Source: Calditrichia bacterium
GTDB taxonomy: Bacteria; Calditrichota; Calditrichia; RBG-13-44-9
Direction: 5' to 3'
NCBI GenBank assembly: GCA_037381445.1
Contig: JARRQT010000032.1
Span: 1-23,130 of the forward strand
DNA: 23,130 bases
Positions 8,712-17,291 of this stretch are shown here, piece by piece (positions within the stretch are counted from its first letter, which is position 1; the number at the start of each line of letters is the position of its first letter). Under the pieces are notes generated by a model, which ran no database searches, was not told the origin of the DNA, and saw only the letters and a list, made by a program, of their open reading frames with translations. The translations under genes were made by a program, and so were the position numbers.

Positions 8712-10421
8712 ATGTTAAAAAATATCCATATACGCAATTTCGCGCTGGCGCACAGCCTGAATGTGGAGTTTCGTAGCGGTCTGAATATTCTCACCGGCGA
8801 AACGGGGGCCGGCAAATCCATTCTGGTGGGGGCCATCTCCGCGGTACTGGGCGGACGAGTATTTACGGAAGTGGTGCGCACCGGTGCGGAAAAAGCGCTG
8901 GTGGAAGCCATTTTCGATATTTCATCTTTGCCCAACATCAGGCGGCTGCTGGAAGAAAGGGGCCTTGAACCGAATACTGAGTTGTTTCTGCGCCGTGAAA
9001 TTTCTGTGAAGGGCAGTACTCGCGCCTTCGTGAACGATATTCCGGTAACCGTCACTACCCTGTCCGAAATCGGGGATGAATTAGTGGATATCCACGGGCA
9101 GAATGAACATCAAACCCTGTTGCGGAAAGAAACACACCGTTATTTTCTTGATGCTTACGGCCAATTGGATGATTTGCTGGAACGGGTGTCAGCAGACTAC
9201 GTGCAGGTTCGGGAGGCCGAAGCGAGTTTGAAAGAGCTTCAGAAACGGCAGGAATCATTGGAAGAAAAATACGAGCTCTACCAGTTCCAGCTCAATGAGA
9301 TCGACAAATTCCGGCTGGAGACCGGTGAAGATGAACAACTGCAGGCCGAGCAAAAGATTCTCGCCAATACCGAAAAAATTTTCTCACTTTCCAGTGAATT
9401 CACCCAGGTAATGAGCAACGGCAGCGAGTTTAATCTGCAGGAACTGATGAACCAGGCACTTCACCTGCTGCGGGAATTGTCCCAATTCTCTGATGAGCTG
9501 AACGCAATCCATCAGGAATTCGCTTCCGCCAAAATAATAATAGATGAAGCCTCCCGCAGTGTGGAGGAGTTCCAGAACAGGCTGGAATACAATCCGGTGC
9601 GGCTGGAGGAAATCGAACAGCGTCTGGCTGGTATTTCTTCACTCAAGAAAAAATACGGCGCTACCATTGAGGAAATTTACCAGTACCGGGAAAAAATAAA
9701 TGCTGAGCTGCAGTTGAAGGATAATTTTGAATTTGAACTGGCCAAACTGGAGAAGAATTTCCGCCATGCCATCGAACAATATACGCAAAGCGCCAGGAAG
9801 TTATCCGAATCCCGGCAGGCGGTTTCGAGAAAACTGGAAAAAGAGGTCATCGACCAGCTACGGGAAATCGGCATGCCCAAAACCCGCTTTCAGGTAAAAT
9901 TTGAATGGATAGAGGATGCCAGCGGCGTCTTTCAGGATCAGGATAGACGCTGCGCTGGGGATGAACAGGGAATCGATCAAATTGAATTTTATATTTCCCC
10001 CAACCCGGGGGAGGATTTCAAGCCCCTTGCCAAAATCGCCTCCGGCGGCGAAATCTCCCGCATCATGCTGGCGCTGAAAAACATTCTGGCAGAAATAGAC
10101 CATATTCCCCTGCTTATATTCGATGAAATTGACTCGGGCATCTCCGGGCTGATTGCCCTTTCCGTGGGGAGGAGCATTCAAAAACTCTCCAAATCCCATC
10201 AAATCATCTGCATCACTCACCTGCCGCAGATTGCCTCTTTCGGAAATGCCCACTACCGGGTTGAAAAATATATACAGGACAGCAGGACTTTCACAAACGT
10301 GGCAGCACTTGAAGGAAGCGGCAGGGTGGAAGAAATCGCGCGCCTGATGGGCGGTAAACAGATGAGCGATGCCATGCTGCAGAGCGCCCGGCAGCTTCTG
10401 GAGGAAGCGGGAGCAAGTTAG
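8712..10421 (+). CDS. recN: DNA repair protein RecN
   Basis: Walker A TGETGAGKS, Q-loop DIHGQNEHQ, long coiled coil, signature ASGGE, Walker B LIFDEID, ITHLPQ. ATG at 8712 gives the typical MLKNIHIRNF start; GTG at 8706 is an alternative. Confidence 0.96.
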   Translation: MLKNIHIRNFALAHSLNVEFRSGLNILTGETGAGKSILVGAISAVLGGRVFTEVVRTGAEKALVEAIFDISSLPNIRRLLEERGLEPNTELFLRREISVKGSTRAFVNDIPVTVTTLSEIGDELVDIHGQNEHQTLLRKETHRYFLDAYGQLDDLLERVSADYVQVREAEASLKELQKRQESLEEKYELYQFQLNEIDKFRLETGEDEQLQAEQKILANTEKIFSLSSEFTQVMSNGSEFNLQELMNQALHLLRELSQFSDELNAIHQEFASAKIIIDEASRSVEEFQNRLEYNPVRLEEIEQRLAGISSLKKKYGATIEEIYQYREKINAELQLKDNFEFELAKLEKNFRHAIEQYTQSARKLSESRQAVSRKLEKEVIDQLREIGMPKTRFQVKFEWIEDASGVFQDQDRRCAGDEQGIDQIEFYISPNPGEDFKPLAKIASGGEISRIMLALKNILAEIDHIPLLIFDEIDSGISGLIALSVGRSIQKLSKSHQIICITHLPQIASFGNAHYRVEKYIQDSRTFTNVAALEGSGRVEEIARLMGGKQMSDAMLQSARQLLEEAGAS

Positions 10422-10461
10422 TTGGATTACACCATTAATTTTTAATCCTCAGGAGAACAGT

Positions 10462-11727
10462 TTGGACAAATTTGTTATTCACGGCGGAAAACCCTTAAAT
10501 GGCGAAGTTGAAATCAGCGGTTCCAAAAATGCGGCGTTGCCCATTATGGCGGCCACCCTGCTGGCACCGGGCAAATATCATATTCAGAACATACCCAGAT
10601 TGCGCGACATCCGCACCATGGCTCACCTTCTCAGAATCATCGGCGCCAAGGTCGATTTTGAAAATCATTCCATGCTTATTGACACCACCCTGGCTGATTT
10701 TCCGGAAGCGCCCTACGAACTGGTCAAAACCATGCGCGCCTCAATCTATGTTCTGGGCTCCCTTCTTCCCCGCTTTAAAAAAGCAAAGGTTTCGCTGCCC
10801 GGCGGCTGCGCCTGGGGCCCCCGGCCCGTAGATCTGCACATAAAAGGGATGAAAAAGCTGGGCGCTGCTCTCAACCTGGAGGGCGGCTACATACTGGCTA
10901 GCTGCGAGAGCCTGCAGGGAGCGCACATTTATCTCGACGTATCCAGCGTGGGAGCAACCGCCAATATTATGCTGGCCGCCGTGCTTGCCAACGGCGAAAC
11001 GATCATTGAGAACGCCGCCAGCGAGCCCGAGATCATCGATCTGGGAAATTTCCTGGCGAAGATGGGCGCAAGAATTAAAGGATTGGGATCAAAATTCATC
11101 ACCATTGAAGGGGTGCCGGGGCTGCATCCTGCCGATTATGAGATTTCTCCTGACCGCATTGAAGCCAGCACTTTTCTGGTGGCAGGGCTCATCACGGGAG
11201 GTGAAATCAGCTTAAGCAAATGTCTGCCTGATCATCTTTATGAAGTTTTGGATAAGCTGAAAGAGGCGGGTGCGCAGCTTAAGATTGAGAAAAATACGAT
11301 TCATATCGCGGCAGGAAAGGAGATACTGCCGGTCAATATTTCCACGGCGGTCTATCCGGGATTCCCTACCGACATGCAGGCCCAGTGGATCGCCCTGATG
11401 TCGGTGGCAAAAGGGAGCAGCGTGATAACCGATAGCATATTCACGGACCGTTTCACCCATGTGCCGGAATTAGTCCGATTAGGGGCCGACATTGTCCTGA
11501 AGAACAATTCAGCATTTGTGCGCGGTGTGGAGCATCTGCAGGGAGCGCCTGTCATGAGCACCGATTTGAGGGCTTCCGCCTCGCTGGTTCTCGCCTCGCT
11601 GGCGGCAAAAGGACGAAGCGATGTTCACCGGGTATATCATATTGACCGCGGATATGAACGGATAGAGGAAAAATTACAGAAGCTGGGTGCGGATATTGTC
11701 AGAGTTGATGAAAGCGAGCAGGTCTGA
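10462..11727 (+). CDS. murA: UDP-N-acetylglucosamine 1-carboxyvinyltransferase
   Basis: GSKNAALP, KTMRAS, PGGCAWGPRPVDLH (catalytic-loop Cys present), SVGAT, YPGFPTDMQ, TDLRAS, HIDRGYE. The likely start is TTG at 10462 behind AGGAG (10451-10455), not 10369. Confidence 0.96.
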   Translation: MDKFVIHGGKPLNGEVEISGSKNAALPIMAATLLAPGKYHIQNIPRLRDIRTMAHLLRIIGAKVDFENHSMLIDTTLADFPEAPYELVKTMRASIYVLGSLLPRFKKAKVSLPGGCAWGPRPVDLHIKGMKKLGAALNLEGGYILASCESLQGAHIYLDVSSVGATANIMLAAVLANGETIIENAASEPEIIDLGNFLAKMGARIKGLGSKFITIEGVPGLHPADYEISPDRIEASTFLVAGLITGGEISLSKCLPDHLYEVLDKLKEAGAQLKIEKNTIHIAAGKEILPVNISTAVYPGFPTDMQAQWIALMSVAKGSSVITDSIFTDRFTHVPELVRLGADIVLKNNSAFVRGVEHLQGAPVMSTDLRASASLVLASLAAKGRSDVHRVYHIDRGYERIEEKLQKLGADIVRVDESEQV

Positions 11728-11755
11728 GGAAGGGCAAACCTATTGCTTTGAATCG

Positions 11756-12826
11756 TCAGATGCTTTTATCCGGCAGCGGGAATTCAAGGTGCATGCTGAG
11801 GAGTTCCTTTCGGCCGGAAATTTCCAGATTGCCATGATTTTGTTTGAGGCATGAAGTCAGAAATGAAGTATCGATGCCATCGAGCTGCTGCTGGGCAATC
11901 TTCACCGCACTCCCCTCCAGAGTGAAAGGAAATCGCAGGTTTGAATTCTCCGGCGTATGAAATTCACCCATAAACTTCAGATAGATCCCGGCATTTTTTC
12001 CATCAAATAAGCTCCCCACCTGCAGAACGTACTCCTGTTCCTCGTAGACAAACCTTCTGAAAAAATGATAGCTCTCGCTGATGATGCCGCTCAACGCCAG
12101 ATAGTGCATTCTGAATTGGGGAATGTCGGGGACGAATTTCTCGTTTTTTTGGACCTGATGTTTGAAGAAGAGATCACTTTCCAGAAAATGGATTTCTTCT
12201 CGCAGAAGCCGGTTCAGATTGATCTCCACCGGCTGGGCATAACGTTCATTCACCAGCTTGAAGGTCAGGTTCTCCAGCGTTCCCTGCAGCTTGAATCCCA
12301 TCTTTATCAGGTCTTCCAGTTCTCTGATATCCTGATATTTGTAGCTCAGCAATTCAATCCGGCCGGTAATTGTACCCAGCGGGCCATTGATATTATGTAT
12401 CAATCCGGGCAGGAGTTTGGAGATAAACAGATTATATTTATCCTGGGCGGGAATTTCTATTTTTTCCGAGGAATCATTCACTTTGACGAAGGCCATCAAA
12501 GATTTGATCTGGCCGTGTTCCTTCTTCAGAATGAAATATGTGGAATGGGGACCCGAAACATGGTCGTTGTTGGTCCGCCAGTAATAGTTTTTAATGACAT
12601 AATTTTTTTGACCAAAATGTCCCAGAAATTCAGGAATCTCCAGGTGATTCGGATCCAGAAAATCCCGCTGTAGATTGAAAGAATCCGCAGTAATTTCATT
12701 CCATCCCAAAAAGTTCATGTGGCCGGGATGGATGCCAACCAGTTGCCATCGCGGATTAAAATGCAAAAGGTGAAGATTTGAGAAATTCAGCAGAATATCG
12801 AGTTGGGACGCACCGGTGCTGTTCAT
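11756..12826 (-). CDS. Degenerate histidine-kinase-like protein (possible PAS-like N-terminus, HisKA-like helix, degenerate HATPase domain)
   Basis: H-box-like LLPGLIHNINGPLGTITGRIELL, then EINLNRLLREEIHFL and a kinase-like tail KQNHGNLEISG...MHLEFPL. No recognisable N, G1 or G2 boxes. Confidence 0.7.
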   Translation of the reverse strand: MNSTGASQLDILLNFSNLHLLHFNPRWQLVGIHPGHMNFLGWNEITADSFNLQRDFLDPNHLEIPEFLGHFGQKNYVIKNYYWRTNNDHVSGPHSTYFILKKEHGQIKSLMAFVKVNDSSEKIEIPAQDKYNLFISKLLPGLIHNINGPLGTITGRIELLSYKYQDIRELEDLIKMGFKLQGTLENLTFKLVNERYAQPVEINLNRLLREEIHFLESDLFFKHQVQKNEKFVPDIPQFRMHYLALSGIISESYHFFRRFVYEEQEYVLQVGSLFDGKNAGIYLKFMGEFHTPENSNLRFPFTLEGSAVKIAQQQLDGIDTSFLTSCLKQNHGNLEISGRKELLSMHLEFPLPDKSI

Positions 12827-12982
12827 TTTAGTTTGTTTTCTTCCCGATAAATTGTGAGATTTTTTTGTCAGTTTACTGTAATTCCTCAGAAAATCTCATC
12901 CTGAATATTCTGCGGCAACAAACATTAAATTTGATAAGAGATAAAAACGAATTTGAACTTTATATAAACCAATCCGAGTCAA

Positions 12983-13010
12983 AATATAAGCAAAATTTAA
13001 AATAAATCAA
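12983..13010 (-). promoter_or_regulatory. Putative promoter for the kinase-like gene
   Basis: Minus strand TTGATT-N16-TATATT about 155 nt upstream of the start. The AT-rich context lowers specificity. Confidence 0.3.
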
Positions 13011-13090
13011 ATGCCCGCCCCAAGAAATATTACCCTTTTAACCGGAAATCTTCTCTAAAATAACAACACAATAGAAAAAGTTAAAACCAT

Positions 13091-14380
13091 TCACTCCGAA
13101 GCGGCATATTCGTGCTGAACATTTTTCTGCCCGACAAATATTTTATTATATACATAGAGCAGGAGGGCCGCAATCAAGCCGATGGATGCAATGACTAGCC
13201 ACATCAGTCTGGGCTGCTGGATTTCTTTACCGAAGTACTGAACCAGAAAACCACCCAGCGGACCGGCCACAATGGCACCGATGGAAATGGGAAGAAATGC
13301 ATACCCCATGTACAGTCCTTCCTGTCCCTTGGGTGCAAGGGTAGAAATATACTCATAGTATCGGGGCGCCTGGGTCATCTCTCCGATTGCCCACACCACC
13401 AGCGCAACAACCACAATATAGAGGTGGGCAACCGATGCAATCAGCAGCATCGAGAAGCTGGAAATAATGAAACCGAGAACCATGGCGTGCAGCGGGGCAA
13501 TTTTCCGCGTTATAAAACTCACCATTACCTGAAAGAAAATAATAGTAAGCGCCCCGATGGACAACAGCAAATCTACCGGCGCATTGGGGTCCACATAGCT
13601 GCGCAGATACAAAGGAAGCGCGATATACAATTCAAAAAACATCATCCAGAATCCTGAAAAGATTAAGAGGAACAGCACAAATTTCAGGTTTTTGAGCACC
13701 AGGAACATGTTGGCCAGCGCGCGTCCCACCGTCCGGACTTCCGTTTCTTCATGGACTTTCGGTTCTTTGTAAAATAACAGTGTGGCGATAACCATCAGGG
13801 TACAGCTAATTGCAGAAACATTGAAAACATTTTGAATACCGATATTCTCGCGCACAAAAAAGGCGATAATGGGTCCCAGCGCGCCGCCGATATTCACGAT
13901 GGTATAATAAATGGAATAGCCCAGAGACTTGGTTTTTTCTTTGCTGGTTTTCGCCACTGTCCCCACAACGGAGGGTTTAATGAACGAACCTCCCATCGCG
14001 GTAAGCATCAGAATAAAGAAAATTATCCAATACAGCGGAGCTGAATGGAAAGTGGTCTGGAACCATTGGGATGAAGTCTGTCCCAGGAAGAAATAGCCGA
14101 TAGCCAGCCCCGAAAATGCAAATGTCAGCGATTTTTTAAATCCGAAACGGTCCGATAGCGCGCCGGCCAGGATTGGCAAAAAATAGATGACCCCGCCGAA
14201 AATTCCGATCAGTGAACCGGTTTCAACTTCGGTCAGTTTTAAATTTTCAAAAAGATAAATTGCCAGAACCGCCTGCTGGCCGTAAAAGGCCAGACGTTCG
14301 AACAATTCGAGAGAGTTTGCCACCCAGAAGGAAGACGTAAAGCCCGTCTTGATTTCCCGGATGCGTTCCGATATAGCCAC
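13091..14380 (-). CDS. MFS transporter, POT/PTR-like (proton-dependent oligopeptide) type
   Basis: ExxERxxxYG motif (ELFERLAFYG), GALSDRFGFKK, GGSFIKP, YTIVNIGG, about 12 hydrophobic segments. GTG start at 14380 behind AGGAGG (14385-14390) is preferred over 14512. Confidence 0.88.
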   Translation of the reverse strand: MAISERIREIKTGFTSSFWVANSLELFERLAFYGQQAVLAIYLFENLKLTEVETGSLIGIFGGVIYFLPILAGALSDRFGFKKSLTFAFSGLAIGYFFLGQTSSQWFQTTFHSAPLYWIIFFILMLTAMGGSFIKPSVVGTVAKTSKEKTKSLGYSIYYTIVNIGGALGPIIAFFVRENIGIQNVFNVSAISCTLMVIATLLFYKEPKVHEETEVRTVGRALANMFLVLKNLKFVLFLLIFSGFWMMFFELYIALPLYLRSYVDPNAPVDLLLSIGALTIIFFQVMVSFITRKIAPLHAMVLGFIISSFSMLLIASVAHLYIVVVALVVWAIGEMTQAPRYYEYISTLAPKGQEGLYMGYAFLPISIGAIVAGPLGGFLVQYFGKEIQQPRLMWLVIASIGLIAALLLYVYNKIFVGQKNVQHEYAASE

Positions 14381-14511
14381 AATTCCTCCTGAAATATTCA
14401 GTTTTGATCTAAGTAATTCCTGCCCAATAAATTCTGATTCCGGCAATAAACGCAGGGAAAAGCATGCAAATAGCAGATACGTAATCCTTTGTGCCGCCGA
14501 AATCAAATTCA

Positions 14512-14540
14512 ATAATAATTTTTAATTCCTGAAAAGTCAA
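14512..14540 (-). promoter_or_regulatory. Sigma70-type promoter for the POT-like transporter
   Basis: Minus strand TTGACT-N17-TATTAT, close to consensus with optimal spacing. Confidence 0.65.
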
Positions 14541-14678
14541 ACAGTAAAGCAAATACTTGCCGCGCCCGGCTGAACCAAAAAGAATTTTCATTTTCAGGAC
14601 AAAAATTATACTGCCGTTTTCCCGGATAATTTAAAAAAATATTTTTTTATTTCCCGAAAATTCAGCATCTTTGGGGCC

Positions 14679-15863
14679 ATGAAAAATTTGAACAAAAACC
14701 AGATGTTCCGTTTCCTGGTGGTGCTGACCATTGCTTCCACGGCGGGCCTGCAGGGATGGCGGACGCTTTTTAATAATTTTGCGGTGGAAGTGGGCCACCT
14801 GCAGGGCGATCATGTGGGCATGATACAGTCGGTTCGCGAAATCCCCGGTTTTCTTGCACTGCTGGCTGTTTTTGTCATGCTCATTATCAAGGAACACAGC
14901 CTGTCAGCGCTTTCGGTTCTGATTTTGGGCGCGGGAATCGCTCTCACCGGATTTTTCCCCAGCTACACGGGTCTTCTGCTGACTACCCTGGTGATGAGCT
15001 TTGGATTCCACTATTACGAAACAACCAATCAATCCCTTACCCTTCAATATTTTGACAAAGATACATCTCCGCTGGTATTCGGAAAACTGCGCAGTCTGGC
15101 CGCCGCATCGAATATCGGCATTGGCATCGTCATTCTGGGTGTGGCCAGTCTACTCAGTTTTAAGCAGATGTATCTGGTTCTGGGCGGTTTCATCTGCCTG
15201 GCGGGTTTGTGGGGCCTGAAGCAGGACCCTTCGGATAAAGACATTGCGCCCCAGCATAAAAAGATGGTCTTCAGGCGTAAGTATTGGCTGTACTATTTTC
15301 TGACCTTCATGGCGGGGGCGCGCCGCCAGATATTTGTGGCCTTTGCCGTATTTCTGCTGGTTAAAAAATTCCATTTCAGTATTCAGGACATTACGGCGCT
15401 GTTTGTGATCAATAATATCATTAACTACTTTTTGAGTCCACTGATCGGCAAAGCGATTGTCCGGCTGGGAGAACGGCGCGTTTTGTCAATGGAATATTTC
15501 AGTCTGATATTCATTTTCACCGCCTATGCTTTTACCGCTTCCAAAATGGTTGTCGCCGGCCTCTACGTTCTCGATCATATCTTCTTCAATTTCTCAATTG
15601 CCATCCGAACCTATTTTCAGAAAGTGGGAGAAACAAAAGACATCGCTCCCAGCATTGCTGTGGGATTCACTATCAATCATATCGCAGCGGTTTTCGTCCC
15701 GGCAATGGGCGGTCTTCTCTGGATGGTGGATTACCGGATTCCCTTCCTGGCAGGGACAGTAATGAGTGTAGTCTCGCTGGCGTTTGTCCAGAAAATCAGG
15801 ATCAGTGAACAGCCCCTGCCTGCCCTGAATCTCAGGTTCGCGCGGCGGAAGGTTGGCGTGTAG
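14679..15863 (+). CDS. MFS transporter, substrate unknown
   Basis: 394 aa with about 12 hydrophobic segments in two halves and the MFS loop motif GKAIVRLGERRVL. Confidence 0.85.
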   Translation: MKNLNKNQMFRFLVVLTIASTAGLQGWRTLFNNFAVEVGHLQGDHVGMIQSVREIPGFLALLAVFVMLIIKEHSLSALSVLILGAGIALTGFFPSYTGLLLTTLVMSFGFHYYETTNQSLTLQYFDKDTSPLVFGKLRSLAAASNIGIGIVILGVASLLSFKQMYLVLGGFICLAGLWGLKQDPSDKDIAPQHKKMVFRRKYWLYYFLTFMAGARRQIFVAFAVFLLVKKFHFSIQDITALFVINNIINYFLSPLIGKAIVRLGERRVLSMEYFSLIFIFTAYAFTASKMVVAGLYVLDHIFFNFSIAIRTYFQKVGETKDIAPSIAVGFTINHIAAVFVPAMGGLLWMVDYRIPFLAGTVMSVVSLAFVQKIRISEQPLPALNLRFARRKVGV

Positions 15864-15930
15864 AACAAGGTATAGCAAATTATTATAGAGTGGAATTCGC
15901 AGCTCTTTAAATCAGTCTTTCCCGGCAAAA

Positions 15931-16608
15931 TCATTTTTTGCCGCCGCGATGGCGGTTTTCTCTGAGATAGCTCAGATTTCTGGGATCTCTGTAGATCGGG
16001 TTGGGCGCGGGATTATATCCGAAAACCACATCGATGAAATGGTTCAGGATAAAAGCGGTAGCCCCCCAGATGACATGGTTCTGGTAGGTGTAAAAATACA
16101 CGTCATAATGACGGCCGGCGTGCTCCCATTTCTTCACTTCAAAATGGCTCTCTTCCAGGAATAACGAAAGCGGCGCCTGGAAGACTTCATCCACCTCATC
16201 TTCACTCAACCGGAATTTCAGCGGCGGCTGCAATATACCGGTAAAGGGCCTGATCAGAAAATCGGTGATGGTCAGAAAATCATCCAACTGTCCCAAAACT
16301 TCAATTTTATCCGGTTTGATGCCGATCTCTTCCTCGGTTTCCCGAATGGCGGTCTGCAGCAGATTTTTATCTGGCGGATCCTGTGCCCCGCCCGGAAAAG
16401 ATATCTGGCCCTTATGTGTTTCCACCAGCTCGGTTCTTTTGGTGAATAATACATGGGGGATATTCTTCATGTTGACTATAAGAATCATAACCGCAGCCGG
16501 AATGGCCCCGTTGATGCTTATCTGGTTCGCGCGATAATTGTCAAGACGGGATTTGATGATTTGAATCGCTTCCGGAAAAGCAATATCTCTGTATTGTGAA
16601 GAAGCCAT
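15931..16608 (-). CDS. nudL: Nudix hydrolase, CoA pyrophosphatase (NudL/PCD1 family)
   Basis: AAVMIL, NuCoA motif LFTKRTELVETHKGQISFPGG, Nudix box GGAQDPPD...AIRETEEEIGI, C-terminal IWGATA. Confidence 0.88.
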   Translation of the reverse strand: MASSQYRDIAFPEAIQIIKSRLDNYRANQISINGAIPAAVMILIVNMKNIPHVLFTKRTELVETHKGQISFPGGAQDPPDKNLLQTAIRETEEEIGIKPDKIEVLGQLDDFLTITDFLIRPFTGILQPPLKFRLSEDEVDEVFQAPLSLFLEESHFEVKKWEHAGRHYDVYFYTYQNHVIWGATAFILNHFIDVVFGYNPAPNPIYRDPRNLSYLRENRHRGGKK

Positions 16609-16737
16609 AACAGTAAACCACTTTAAACAATGCCAAATATAGGGAATAAATGTACGGAAAGAAATAGGTTATGGAAGATTGCGAGAATATTAATTGGAAT
16701 ATTTGTTTGCTGCCGGATCAAAATAATGGAACTGCAA

Positions 16738-16766
16738 ATCCCCTGCAACCTTAAATTACAGGGGAT
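16738..16766 (-). terminator. Hairpin downstream of tRNA-Leu, probable terminator or processing stem
   Basis: ATCCCCTG (16738-16745)/CAGGGGAT (16759-16766) inverted repeat about 10 nt after the tRNA 3' end; only a short U tract follows. Confidence 0.55.
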
Positions 16767-16775
16767 GAGGCACTG

Positions 16776-16859
16776 TGCTGGCGGCGGGACTTGAACCCGC
16801 ACGGGCGGTAGCCCACTACCCCCTCAAGATAGCGTGTCTGCCTATTCCACCACGCCAGC
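16776..16859 (-). tRNA. tRNA-Leu (anticodon GAG), CCA not encoded
   Basis: Minus strand GCTGGCG TG GTGGAATAGGCAGACAC G CTATC TT-GAG-GG GGTAG TGGGCTACCGCCCGT GCGGG TTCAAGT CCCGC CGCCAGC A: full cloverleaf with long variable arm, immediately downstream of secG. Confidence 0.96.
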
Positions 16860-16871
16860 GAAGAAATTTTT

Positions 16872-17291
16872 CTATTTACTTTCCGGCGGTGTCTGCTGAT
16901 TTGCCGGAGGCTGTTGTCCCTGCTGCTGACCCTGCTGTTGTTGTTGCTGCTGTTGTTGCTGCTGTCCATTACCGGGCAGCGGTGCTACCGGAACAGAGGG
17001 CTGCGTTTGCTGCTGTTGCTGTTGCATTTGCTGTTGGATAATGCTGGTTCGCTCGGTAGTCGGACGGCCGATAAAGCCGATGATGAGTGCCATCACCAGA
17101 TATAATGCCGCCAGTACCGTGGTCGCCTTCTGGAGGAATGATGCGGTACCACGCGGACCCAAAAGACCTCCGCCTCCTCCCAGACTGCCAAATGAAGAGG
17201 CCAAACCTCCTCCTTTGGAGGACTGCATCAATATGGTAATTGTCATTAAAAGTGCAGATAAGACAAATATAAAAATTAAAAATCCGTACAT
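16872..17291 (-). CDS. secG: Preprotein translocase subunit SecG with Gln-rich C-terminal tail
   Basis: TM1, then ILMQSSKGGGLASSFG Gly-rich loop, FLQKATTVLA plus TM2; GGAGG RBS; followed by tRNA-Leu(GAG) as in the E. coli secG-leuU arrangement. Confidence 0.93.
   Translation of the reverse strand: MYGFLIFIFVLSALLMTITILMQSSKGGGLASSFGSLGGGGGLLGPRGTASFLQKATTVLAALYLVMALIIGFIGRPTTERTSIIQQQMQQQQQQTQPSVPVAPLPGNGQQQQQQQQQQQGQQQGQQPPANQQTPPESK
16911..17036 (-). repeat. Imperfect CAG/CAA trinucleotide tracts encoding polyglutamine in secG
   Basis: Q11 at 16932-16964 and QQQMQQQQQQ at 17007-17036, with mixed CAG and CAA codons. Confidence 0.9.

Noticed and set aside
10369..10461. N-terminal extension of MurA overlapping recN
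   Set aside because: A TTG with an AGGAG RBS at 10462 gives the canonical MurA N-terminus. Similar upstream extensions for the POT transporter (14512) and uvrC (17419) were also rejected.
13091..16776. Possible genomic island integrated at tRNA-Leu
   Set aside because: I found no integrase and no duplicated tRNA 3' end (att site), and the downstream genes are ordinary metabolic or transport genes.
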